Of a stretch of DNA of 34,175 nt, positions 8,837 to 17,526 are shown one piece after another. Source of the stretch: an uncultured Collinsella sp. (lineage in GTDB: Bacteria; Actinomycetota; Coriobacteriia; Coriobacteriales; Coriobacteriaceae); the NCBI GenBank assembly GCA_902494855.1, contig CABUVC010000001.1, positions 1 to 34,175 of the forward strand. The letters are read 5' to 3'. Position 1 is the first letter of the stretch. Each line of letters begins with the position of its first letter. Made by a program: the position numbers and the translations under genes. The notes beneath the pieces were generated by a model that was not told the DNA's origin, made no database searches, and saw only the letters and a program-made list of their open reading frames with translations.

Positions 8837-11800
8837 ATGGCGCAGGGGACGTTTGTGCAGGCGCTTCGCAAAGAGGCGGCGTTGAGCGGCACCTTTATGA
8901 AGGGGCGTTCGCTCATGCTCAACGGCGCCGTGCTGTCGATTGAGGACAGCGGCTCGCGCTTCTCCAAAAACGTGACGGTTGAGGGCTCGGTGCGCGGTTC
9001 GCGCGGCGACCTGTACAAGACGCATGTGGCGCTCGACATGGACGAGCACGAGGTGATCGACTACGACTGCGATTGCCCCGCCGCCTATCGTTACCCCGGT
9101 ATGTGCAAACACGCCATCGCCACAGCGCTGGCATACCTGGACGCCAGCGGCATTGAGCCTGTTGAGGGGCTGCGCACACCGGTTCGCACGTTTACGGCGC
9201 AGCCGAAACAGCCCGTTCGCACCGCGCCCAAAGCGCCGGCCGTCAACCCCAACTTTCCCTTTCCGGCGCCCGTCCCCACGAGCCCCAGCCTCATGGCGGC
9301 ACTCTCCGATCTTTCGGACGCGCGCATGGATGAGCTGGCGAGCATGCGCCGCAAGCTTGCCGGTGCCGTTGATCCCGACGCCCCCAAAGCGGCGTTGGAG
9401 CCCTCGCTGGTGCCGTACTACAATCCACTGTTTGCCGACCGCTTTAGCTGGGCGCTCGAGTTCCGCATTCGCTGCGGTTCGGTGTCCTACGTGGTCAAGG
9501 ATATCGACGGCATGGCCGACGCCTATGTCCGAGGCGGCACCTTCTCGTACGGCAAGAAGCTCACGTTTGTCCATACGCCCGAAGCCTTCGAAGACGTGTC
9601 GACAAAGCTGCTCAACCTTGTCGTGACGACAGTTGCCTATCTCGATGACATCACAAGCTCGCGTTCGGCGTCGTACGACTTTGCCCGCAGTGGTTTTGTC
9701 GCCGAGCGTCAGTTGCCGCTGTCCGAGCATAGCATCGTATATGTGCTGGACCTGTTGCGCGGCCAGACCATCTCTTTTGAGCCCGCCTGGTCGCGGGGGA
9801 CGACGATGCATCGCACCTATGACGTGGCGGTTGAGATGCCTCCGGAAGGGGAGGACGAGGCGCTGTCTGAGCGCCCACCGCTCCTTGCCGCCAAAATCGC
9901 GCCGGCGGCTGGTGGCAGCTACGATCTACGCCTGCCGGCCGATGCATACTGCTTTGCTTCGGGCGACGTTGCCTATCTGGTCGACACCCGCCGTGCGCGC
10001 CGCGCCGATGTAGCGTTTGCCCAGCATGCGGCGCCGTTCCTATCGCGCTTACTGCCCTGTCGCACGCCGATCCATATCGCTGTCGACCAGGTGGGGGAGT
10101 TCTGTCGTATGGCGCTGCCCATTTTGCGCGACTATACCGACCTTACCGCGCCCGCCGCGCTCGATACCGTGGCGCCCGAGCCGAGCTTTGCTATGGCGAT
10201 CGGCGTCGACGATGGGCTTGTGACCTGCAAAATTACGGTTGCCTACGGCGACTGGTCGGCAGATCTCTTTAGCCTGGGCGCTCCGGGCAGCCCCTTCGAA
10301 GAGCAACGCCCCGGCGTGCCGCCCCGCGACGAGGTGGCAGAGTTTCGTGTTATGGACACGGCGGCCCTGTACTTCGATTTCTACGAGGGCGGTCTGGCGT
10401 TTGAGGAGCGCGATGACGAGAGCTTGTTCTGCCTGCTGACCGAGGGCCTGTCCGCCCTGTCCGAGCTGGGTGAGGTTATGCTCAGCGACCGTCTGCGCCA
10501 GATTTCGGTGCGACCCGCGCCCAAGCTCTCGGTTCGTGCGACCGTCAAGAGCAATCTGCTCGACGTCGAACTGGGCGCGAGCGGCCTTTCGGCGTCAGAC
10601 CTTGCCATCTACCTCGACTCCTACAAGCGTCACCAGACGTTTGCGCGCCTTACGTCCGGCGACATCATTCGTTTGGACGAGGGTGCCCGAGCCGCGTTTG
10701 GCCTTGCCGAGGATCTGGGGGTCGATGCTGTTGACCTGCTCGACGGCGTGTCGCTTCCCGCGTCGAGCACCCTGTTCGTCGATAGCATGCTCGCGCGCAC
10801 GCCCGCGCTCGAGGCCGATCGCGACGCTGCGTTCCGCCGTACCGTCGAGCGTCTGGACACGCTCGGCAAGATGGACTTTACGGTGCCGGCATCGCTCAAG
10901 GCAACGATGCGCGGCTACCAGGTCGACGGATACCAGTGGCTCGGCTCGCTCGAACACCTGGGCCTTGGCGGCATCTTGGCCGACGACATGGGCCTGGGCA
11001 AAACGCTGCAGATGATCGCGCATATCCTGGCGCGCGTGGAAGCGGGGGACATTAAGCCCACGCTTGTGGTGTGCCCTGCGTCGCTCGTGTACAACTGGAC
11101 TGCCGAGCTGGAGCGCTTCGCCCCGTCGCTCGATGTGTGCGCCATCGTGGGCGCCAAGGCCCAGCGTCGCGTGCAAATCGCCGGCGTGGCCGAGCATAAC
11201 GTGGTCGTGACGTCGTATGACCTTATGCGGCGCGATATCGACGAGTACGTCGAGCAGGACTTTGCCCGCGTGGTACTCGATGAGGCCCAGTACATTAAAA
11301 ACCCGCTCACCCAGGTGGCGCGTGCCACCAAGCGCCTGCCGGCCGGCGTGCGCTTTGCCCTGACGGGCACGCCCATCGAAAACCGCCTATCCGAGCTCTG
11401 GAGCATCTTCGACTTTTTGATGCCGGGCCTACTTGGCACGCGCGAGTCGTTTGCCAAGCGCTTCGAAAGCCCGGTCGAGCATGCCGAGGGCGACAGTGCC
11501 GCTCGCCTGCAAGCGCTCGTGTCGCCGTTTGTGCTGCGCCGTGTCAAGGAAGACGTGGTGGCCGACCTGCCCGAGAAGATCGAGGATACGGTCATGGCGC
11601 AGCTCACCGGCGAGCAGCGCAAGCTCTACCTGGCCAACCAGGACCGTATCGCCCAACAGGTGCAGCACCGCGAGTCATCCGAGTTTAAGAAAGACAAGCT
11701 CAAGGTGCTCGCCGAGCTCACCAAGCTGCGCCAGATCTGCTGCGACCCGCGTCTACACTACGAGGATTACAAGGCGGGGAGCGCCAAGCTCGATACGTGC

Positions 11801-12301
11801 ATGGAGCTCGTGCACGGCGCACTCGACGGCGGACATCGCATCCTATTGTTCAGCCAGTTTACGGGTATGCTCGATATTATCGGTAAGCGCTTGGCCAAGG
11901 AGGACATCGCCTTCCTTAAGCTCACGGGCGCTTCGTCTAAGGAGAGCCGCGCCAAGATGGTCGCGCAGTTCCAAGCGGGCGAGGTTCCGGTCTTTTTGAT
12001 TTCGCTCAAGGCGGGCGGCGTGGGCCTTAACCTGACGGCGGCCGATGTGGTCATTCACTACGACCCGTGGTGGAACGTGGCCGCGCAGGACCAGGCGACC
12101 GACCGCGCGCATCGTATTGGTCAGCAGCATACCGTGACCGTGTACAAGCTCATCGCCAAGGACACGATCGAGGAGCGCATTATGCAGATGCAGGAGTCCA
12201 AGCGCGACCTGGTCAACAGCGTGCTCGGCGGCGACGGCATCTCGTCGGCGTTGTTTACCCGCGAAGATGTTCTGGCGCTGCTGGGCGGCGACGGGCGCTA
12301 G
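8837..12301 (+). CDS. SWIM zinc finger plus SNF2-family (SF2) ATPase/helicase
   Basis: GGAGG RBS before ATG 8837. SWIM motif CDC...CKH; LADDMGLGKT, LDEAQ, LTGTPIEN, FSQF, ISLKAGGVGLNL, QATDRAHRIGQ. Confidence 0.92.
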   Translation: MAQGTFVQALRKEAALSGTFMKGRSLMLNGAVLSIEDSGSRFSKNVTVEGSVRGSRGDLYKTHVALDMDEHEVIDYDCDCPAAYRYPGMCKHAIATALAYLDASGIEPVEGLRTPVRTFTAQPKQPVRTAPKAPAVNPNFPFPAPVPTSPSLMAALSDLSDARMDELASMRRKLAGAVDPDAPKAALEPSLVPYYNPLFADRFSWALEFRIRCGSVSYVVKDIDGMADAYVRGGTFSYGKKLTFVHTPEAFEDVSTKLLNLVVTTVAYLDDITSSRSASYDFARSGFVAERQLPLSEHSIVYVLDLLRGQTISFEPAWSRGTTMHRTYDVAVEMPPEGEDEALSERPPLLAAKIAPAAGGSYDLRLPADAYCFASGDVAYLVDTRRARRADVAFAQHAAPFLSRLLPCRTPIHIAVDQVGEFCRMALPILRDYTDLTAPAALDTVAPEPSFAMAIGVDDGLVTCKITVAYGDWSADLFSLGAPGSPFEEQRPGVPPRDEVAEFRVMDTAALYFDFYEGGLAFEERDDESLFCLLTEGLSALSELGEVMLSDRLRQISVRPAPKLSVRATVKSNLLDVELGASGLSASDLAIYLDSYKRHQTFARLTSGDIIRLDEGARAAFGLAEDLGVDAVDLLDGVSLPASSTLFVDSMLARTPALEADRDAAFRRTVERLDTLGKMDFTVPASLKATMRGYQVDGYQWLGSLEHLGLGGILADDMGLGKTLQMIAHILARVEAGDIKPTLVVCPASLVYNWTAELERFAPSLDVCAIVGAKAQRRVQIAGVAEHNVVVTSYDLMRRDIDEYVEQDFARVVLDEAQYIKNPLTQVARATKRLPAGVRFALTGTPIENRLSELWSIFDFLMPGLLGTRESFAKRFESPVEHAEGDSAARLQALVSPFVLRRVKEDVVADLPEKIEDTVMAQLTGEQRKLYLANQDRIAQQVQHRESSEFKKDKLKVLAELTKLRQICCDPRLHYEDYKAGSAKLDTCMELVHGALDGGHRILLFSQFTGMLDIIGKRLAKEDIAFLKLTGASSKESRAKMVAQFQAGEVPVFLISLKAGGVGLNLTAADVVIHYDPWWNVAAQDQATDRAHRIGQQHTVTVYKLIAKDTIEERIMQMQESKRDLVNSVLGGDGISSALFTREDVLALLGGDGR

Positions 12302-12466
12302 CCGCGCGCGGGGTGGGACTGCTGGAGTGGGCAGGACGGTCGACGCATTTTGGCCCGACCGCTTGCCTGATCCGTTATGTGTTCATTTGCAATGCCGTGG
12401 ATGGTTTGTCTGCCTTTGGGCATAAGAACCATCGAGAACATTGGCACATCAGCAAAGGAGAACATC

Positions 12467-12829
12467 ATGGCGAAATTCTTTAAGGACCCCGACGGCAAGC
12501 TCATCGCTGCCCTTGGCGACGGCGTTGCGACCCCTGCCGGTTGCACGGAGCTGACTGCAAACACTGAGGACGCGGCGCACGAGAAGCACGTGCCTGTTGT
12601 CGAGACCGAGCGTGACGGTCACGTGATTCGCGCACGCGTTGGCTCGGTCGAGCACCCCAGCCTGCCCGAGCACTACATTGAGTGGATCGCCCTTGAGGCC
12701 GAGGGCCGCTTAGAGGTCCATTACCTTGAGCCCGGCATGAAACCCGCGACGTTTTTCGCGGGCGGCTCCAAGACCGGTACCGTCTATGCCTACTGCAACC
12801 TGCACGGGCTGTGGTCCGCGACATTCTAG
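12467..12829 (+). CDS. Superoxide reductase (desulfoferrodoxin family) lacking N-terminal Cys4 centre
   Basis: AAAGGAG RBS before ATG 12467. Centre II ligands EKHVP, HP, HYIEW, YCNLHG. Only one Cys in the N-terminal ~30 aa. Confidence 0.88.
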   Translation: MAKFFKDPDGKLIAALGDGVATPAGCTELTANTEDAAHEKHVPVVETERDGHVIRARVGSVEHPSLPEHYIEWIALEAEGRLEVHYLEPGMKPATFFAGGSKTGTVYAYCNLHGLWSATF

Positions 12830-12946
12830 GAGCGCGCCCCCGCTCGGGGTATCATAGCTAGCATATGCACATGCAAGCGCCGACTGCATTATGCGGCCGG
12901 CGCTTTTACTACGATTTCGATGGTTTACGACGGAAAGGGCTGAGCC

Positions 12947-14932
12947 ATGAAGCTCGCGCTTGCACAGATCGATATGCGCCTGGGTGATATTGAGGGCATT
13001 TGCGGCCGCATCGAGGACCAGGCTCGTCTGGCCCACGAGCGCGGGGCGCGCGTGCTGTGCGTTCCGGCTCCGCTCTTTATGGGCGCCATGCCCGGTGGCC
13101 TGGTGGGCGCTGCCGACTTTGAGCACGACATGCTTGCCGGCTTGACTGGTGTCGCCGAGCGTATCCAGGAGCTTGACATGATCTGCATCGTGCCCGCGGC
13201 GGTTTCGTTTGAGGGCCAGCCGCTGCTCGACTACATGATGCTCAAGGACGGTCATGTGGTGCCGGCGCGTTCGAGCATTGCCCTGCAGCGTGGCGAGAAC
13301 AGCGACACGCGTTGGGCGCCGCCGGTGTTCGACGTGGACGGCGTGCGCATCGCCGTGATTTTTGACTTGGACCGCGAACTCGAGATGTTGCCGACCGGTG
13401 TTGACCTCATTGCGTATTTCCAATTCAACGCGTTTGACATGACCGACCGCGAGACTGCTGCCATTGCCGCCGTTCGCAGCGGCGCCTACCGCAAGATCGC
13501 ATCCAAGCGCAGCGTGTGGTTTGCCTGCATAGCGCCGGTCGGCGCCTATGACGAGTCGGTGTATACCGGCGGTTCGTTTGTGCTCGACGACTGCGGCCGC
13601 GTGGTGGCCCAAGCGCCGTGTTTTGAGGAGAGCCTACTGGTTCAGGAGATCCAGCGCGGTGTGATGCTCGATGCCCTGGAAGACCACGAGCTGCCCGAGT
13701 TTCGCTCCGAGGAATGGCTGTGGCAGGCGCTGGTGCTTGCCGTTCGCGATAACGCCCGCGCCCGCGGTGCGTCGCGCGCCGTGGTGGCGCTCGAGGGCGA
13801 CTTGCCGTCGTCTTTGCTGGCGGCGCTGGCCGTCGACGCTCTGGGCCCGCGCAATGTGATTGGCCTGGTGCTGGGGCGCAACCGTATCTTTACTCCGGCG
13901 CAGGAAGAGGCCGAGGCTGCCCGCTGTGCCGCCGTCCGCGCCATCGCCGAGCGTTTACACATTCGCACTGTCGAGCGCGATGCACCGGATGCGGCGCGCG
14001 TGCTCGATCGCGACGTGTCGGCGGGCGATGCCGAGCGCCTGCGCTCGCGCACGCTGGGCCTGATGCTGGAGGATACGGCGCTCGAGCTGGGTGCGATGGC
14101 GCTGAGCCCGCTGTCCAAAACCGAGTACGCGCTGGCGGCGCCGGCGCTTTGCGGCGGCTACCAGGGCGACTTTGCGCCCTTTGGCGATGTGTACCTGTCG
14201 ACGCTTGAGTTTGTGGCGCGTGTGCGCAACCGCACGTCTGCCGTGGTGCCCCAAGAGCTCGTGACGCTCAACGCAGTGGAAGATTGTATGGAGCGCGTGC
14301 TGGCGCAGGCGCTCTCGACGCTCGACGGTCCGGTCGATATGCTCGACCGTGCGGCACAGCTGCTCGGCGGGCTTGAGCCGGGTGAGGTCGATGGCGCGCT
14401 CGAGGCGCACGTGGACCGCAATCGATCTTTCGACGACATCCCGATGGCCGCTGGCAAGCCCGAGGCCTGCTCGCTGCTGCTGATGCTCGTTCGACAGGGT
14501 GAGGCTGCCCGCCGCATGTTGCCGATGGCGCCGATCGTCTCGGCCCGTTCGTTTGCCGAGCGTGCCTGGCCGTATATGCTCGCGTGGTCCGACCTGGGGC
14601 TTAACGGCAAGGAGCGTATGACGGTCGATTCGCTGGCGCGCGCCGAGGTGCGCCGTTTTGCTGACGAGGATACGAGCGAGCGCGTGCGAAACGAGATGAT
14701 GGGCGTGCTGGGCGAGCTACTGGGTATTTCGCCCGAGCAAATTGAGGAGCTGCGCTCTGAGGACGGTCAGCGTCGTTTACACGAGGGAATGAAAAAGTTC
14801 GAGGGCGAGGTTCAGGACGCCATCGATAAGATGATGGGCGGCCAGGGTGGCCCGCAGGGTGGGCCCCAGGGTGGCCCGATGCCGCATCCGCCGGTTGATC
14901 CCCGACAATTTCCGTTCTTCTCTCAGAACTAG
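12947..14932 (+). CDS. Glutamine-dependent NAD+ synthetase-like protein (nitrilase domain plus synthetase domain) with degenerate catalytic motifs
   Basis: MKLALAQID...GD, VGAYDESVYTGGSFV, APCFEE, ALVLAVRD, LAVDALG..NVIG, GDFAPFGDVY and S.RSF..R.WP are colinear with NadE(Gln), but the catalytic residues are substituted. Confidence 0.8.
   Translation: MKLALAQIDMRLGDIEGICGRIEDQARLAHERGARVLCVPAPLFMGAMPGGLVGAADFEHDMLAGLTGVAERIQELDMICIVPAAVSFEGQPLLDYMMLKDGHVVPARSSIALQRGENSDTRWAPPVFDVDGVRIAVIFDLDRELEMLPTGVDLIAYFQFNAFDMTDRETAAIAAVRSGAYRKIASKRSVWFACIAPVGAYDESVYTGGSFVLDDCGRVVAQAPCFEESLLVQEIQRGVMLDALEDHELPEFRSEEWLWQALVLAVRDNARARGASRAVVALEGDLPSSLLAALAVDALGPRNVIGLVLGRNRIFTPAQEEAEAARCAAVRAIAERLHIRTVERDAPDAARVLDRDVSAGDAERLRSRTLGLMLEDTALELGAMALSPLSKTEYALAAPALCGGYQGDFAPFGDVYLSTLEFVARVRNRTSAVVPQELVTLNAVEDCMERVLAQALSTLDGPVDMLDRAAQLLGGLEPGEVDGALEAHVDRNRSFDDIPMAAGKPEACSLLLMLVRQGEAARRMLPMAPIVSARSFAERAWPYMLAWSDLGLNGKERMTVDSLARAEVRRFADEDTSERVRNEMMGVLGELLGISPEQIEELRSEDGQRRLHEGMKKFEGEVQDAIDKMMGGQGGPQGGPQGGPMPHPPVDPRQFPFFSQN
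14843..14878 (+). repeat. 3 x 12-bp coding tandem repeat (QGGP)
   Basis: cagggtggcccg cagggtgggccc cagggtggcccg in the C-terminal tail of the NadE-like protein. Confidence 0.8.
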
Positions 14933-14940
14933 GTCGCTGC

Positions 14941-15037
14941 GCGCCCGCCAGAGCGGCAATCTGCCTTTCAATCGTCGGACATGACCGCCAGGTCAATGCC
15001 CTCCTCTTTCAAGGCACCTTGCCGCTCTGGCGGGCGC
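14941..15037. repeat. 97-bp nested hairpin element (REP-like) between the nadE-like gene and ruvC
   Basis: Perfect 19-bp IR GCGCCCGCCAGAGCGGCAA (14941-14959) / TTGCCGCTCTGGCGGGCGC (15019-15037). Inner stems TGCCTT/AAGGCA and TGACC/GGTCA. Confidence 0.85.
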
Positions 15038-15095
15038 TCGCTTGCGTATACTCAACCTACAATTCGATCTCGGCTGACTTATAGGGCTAGCGTTG

Positions 15096-15118
15096 TGTTA
15101 TTCTAGAACAGACGTTCG
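15096..15118 (+). promoter_or_regulatory. Extended -10 plus LexA (Gram-positive SOS) box upstream of ruvCAB
   Basis: TGtTATTCT (15096-15104) immediately followed by aGAAC-AGAC-GTTCg (15105-15118), matching GAAC-N4-GTTC. Confidence 0.78.
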
Positions 15119-15173
15119 TGAATGATGCGCGGGGCCTTGTCTTGCGCTGTGCTTGTGGCGAGGGGAGGTCGGC

Positions 15174-15695
15174 TTGGTTATCTTGGGCATTGACCCCGGT
15201 TTGGCTCATACGGGTTGGGGGATTATCGAGGAGCGGCGTGGCGAGGTTCGCTGCCGTGCCTATGGCTGCATCGAGACCAGTGCCGGAAGTCCGCTCGCGG
15301 TGCGCCTGTCGCATATCGCCCATGACCTTAAGGATGTCGTTGAGCGTTATCGACCCGACACGGCTGCTGTCGAGAGCATCTACTTTGGCGCCAACGTTCG
15401 TTCGGCCATCCCCACGGCGCATGCCCGCGGTGCTGCACTCGTCGCACTTTCGGAATGCGCGCTCGAGATTGGCGAGTACACGCCCATGCAGATCAAACAG
15501 GCTGTGGTGGGCACTGGCGCCGCGGACAAGCGGCAGGTCGCCTACATGGTACGCACACTCACACAGCTCGATCACGACCCGCATCCCGACCATGCCGCCG
15601 ATGCCCTGGCCTGCGCCATCTGCCACGTAAACCTCAGCCGCACCCGCGCCCTCACCGGTGGCGAGTTCTATCAACAGAGAGGAACCGGATACTGA
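15174..15695 (+). CDS. ruvC: Holliday junction resolvase RuvC
   Basis: GGAGGT RBS then TTG 15174. ILGIDPG..TGWG, AVESIYF, YTP.QIKQAVVGTG.ADK.QV, DHAADALA.A.CH. Confidence 0.95.
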   Translation: MVILGIDPGLAHTGWGIIEERRGEVRCRAYGCIETSAGSPLAVRLSHIAHDLKDVVERYRPDTAAVESIYFGANVRSAIPTAHARGAALVALSECALEIGEYTPMQIKQAVVGTGAADKRQVAYMVRTLTQLDHDPHPDHAADALACAICHVNLSRTRALTGGEFYQQRGTGY

Positions 15696-16315
15696 TGATT
15701 TCCCAGCTCCACGGAACGCTTGTCGAGGCCACGATGAGCTCTGCTGTCGTCGATGTGTCGGGCGTTGGCTTTGAGCTCGGCATCTCGGGCAGCACTGCGG
15801 CCACGTTGCCGACGCCCGGTGGCGAGGTCTGCCTCTACACGCGTATGCAGGTGCGCGAGGACGCCATGACACTTTTCGGTTTTTCCTCAAAGGATGAGCG
15901 CATGATGTTCGACCGGCTCGTGTCCGTTTCGGGCGTTGGCCCGCGCCTGGCGCTTGCCGTGCTTTCCACCTATACCGTGGGGCAGCTGTATTCGCTGGTG
16001 ATGGCCGAGGACGACAAGGGCATGGCCAAGGTACCCGGTGTGGGCAAAAAGACAGCTCAGCGCCTGATCCTGGAACTCAAGAGCACCTTTGCCAAGGATA
16101 AGGGCTTTGTGCCGGTCGACGTGATTCCCGGACAGGTTGCGATGCCCGTGCCCGCTGCCGCTCCCTCGGTGATCGATGATGCTCGTGCGGCGCTCCTTTC
16201 CATGGGCTTTAGCCCGCAGGAGACCGATGTTGCCCTGAGCGGGTATGATGGGCAGAATATGCGTGTCGAGGATCTGCTCGGCGCGGCGCTTAAGCGACTC
16301 GGAATGGATGCGTGA
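15695..16315 (+). CDS. ruvA: Holliday junction branch migration protein RuvA
   Basis: TGATG overlap with the ruvC stop. [62 protein letters not shown]. Confidence 0.95.
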   Translation: MISQLHGTLVEATMSSAVVDVSGVGFELGISGSTAATLPTPGGEVCLYTRMQVREDAMTLFGFSSKDERMMFDRLVSVSGVGPRLALAVLSTYTVGQLYSLVMAEDDKGMAKVPGVGKKTAQRLILELKSTFAKDKGFVPVDVIPGQVAMPVPAAAPSVIDDARAALLSMGFSPQETDVALSGYDGQNMRVEDLLGAALKRLGMDA

Positions 16316-17382
16316 TGTGGGAAGCCGATGACTCTCAGGACTTGTGGGCGACGCCCGGTAACTCGCCGGCGGCATCCATGGCGCACGGCGAGCGCATGGT
16401 GGGCTCGGAGCTGACGGCCGAGGATCTCGATGTCGACCGCACTTTGCGCCCTCAGCGCCTGGACGATTACTGCGGCCAGGAGCACATCAAGCAGAGCCTG
16501 CGCGTGTTGATCGAAGCGGCGCAGAGCCGTGGCGAGACGCTCGACCACGTGATCTTCTCGGGTCCTCCGGGCCTGGGCAAGACCACGCTGGCCACCGTTA
16601 TCGCCAACGAGCTGGGCGCTCAGATCAAGACCACGAGTGGCCCTGCCATCGCGCGCACGGGCGACCTGGCGGCCATCCTTACTAACTTGCAGCCGGGCGA
16701 TGTGCTGTTTATCGACGAGATCCACCGCCTCAACCGTTCGGTCGAGGAGGTCCTGTACCCCGCGATGGAGGACTTTGCCCTCGATATCGTGATTGGCAAG
16801 GGTCCGGCGGCGCGCTCGATTCGCCTGGATATCCCCAAGTTTACGCTGGTGGCGGCAACGACCCGCTCAGGCATGTTGACCGGCCCGTTGCGCGACCGCT
16901 TTGGCATTTCATATCGCCTGGATTACTACACGGTCGAGGAGCTCGCGCAGATTGTGACGCGCTCGGCGACTATCCTGGGCGTGACGATCGACCATCCCAG
17001 TGCACTCGAGATCGGCTCGCGTTCGCGCGGCACGCCACGTCTTGCCAACCGTCTGCTCAAGCGCGTGCGCGATTACGCACAGGTGCGCGGCAACGGCCCC
17101 ATCGAGCTCGATATCTGTCGCCAGGCGCTCGAGTTCTTCGAGATCGACGAGCTCGGTCTGGACTGGATGGATATTCGCATTTTGGAGACGCTCGCCAAGA
17201 CGTTCTCCGGTCGCGCCGTGGGACTTACGACCCTTGCCAGCGCGGTGGGCGAGGACCCGGGCACGCTCGAGGATGTCTATGAGCCCTATTTGCTGCAGTG
17301 CGGATTGATGATTCGTACGCCGCAGGGCCGTCAGGCAACCCTCCGCACCTTTGAGCACCTGGGGATTGAACCTACCGTTTAG
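16315..17382 (+). CDS. ruvB: Holliday junction branch migration ATPase RuvB
   Basis: [53 protein letters not shown]. Start overlaps the ruvA stop (GTG 16312 or ATG 16315). Confidence 0.96.
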   Translation: MWEADDSQDLWATPGNSPAASMAHGERMVGSELTAEDLDVDRTLRPQRLDDYCGQEHIKQSLRVLIEAAQSRGETLDHVIFSGPPGLGKTTLATVIANELGAQIKTTSGPAIARTGDLAAILTNLQPGDVLFIDEIHRLNRSVEEVLYPAMEDFALDIVIGKGPAARSIRLDIPKFTLVAATTRSGMLTGPLRDRFGISYRLDYYTVEELAQIVTRSATILGVTIDHPSALEIGSRSRGTPRLANRLLKRVRDYAQVRGNGPIELDICRQALEFFEIDELGLDWMDIRILETLAKTFSGRAVGLTTLASAVGEDPGTLEDVYEPYLLQCGLMIRTPQGRQATLRTFEHLGIEPTV

Positions 17383-17526
17383 GGCGTTTTGTTTTGGCGG
17401 GCTGTTGGACTATCGCTGGGCATCGGGTAAACATATCGCCGTTCATCGGTTATGGGCGTTTTACTATTGCGCGCCCGTGCTATGCTGAATTGGTCTTTTT
17501 CTCATTCGGTAACGAAAGGACCGCCC

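Noticed and set aside
12329..12367. Hairpin after the SNF2 gene (GGCAGG-A-CGGTCG/CGACCG-CTTGCC)
   Set aside because: Short, large loop and no U-tract; at most an ordinary terminator-like structure.
17383..17526. THF or ZTP riboswitch upstream of fhs
   Set aside because: A -10-like TGcTATGCT lies only ~40 nt from the start, leaving no room, and no aptamer motifs are visible.
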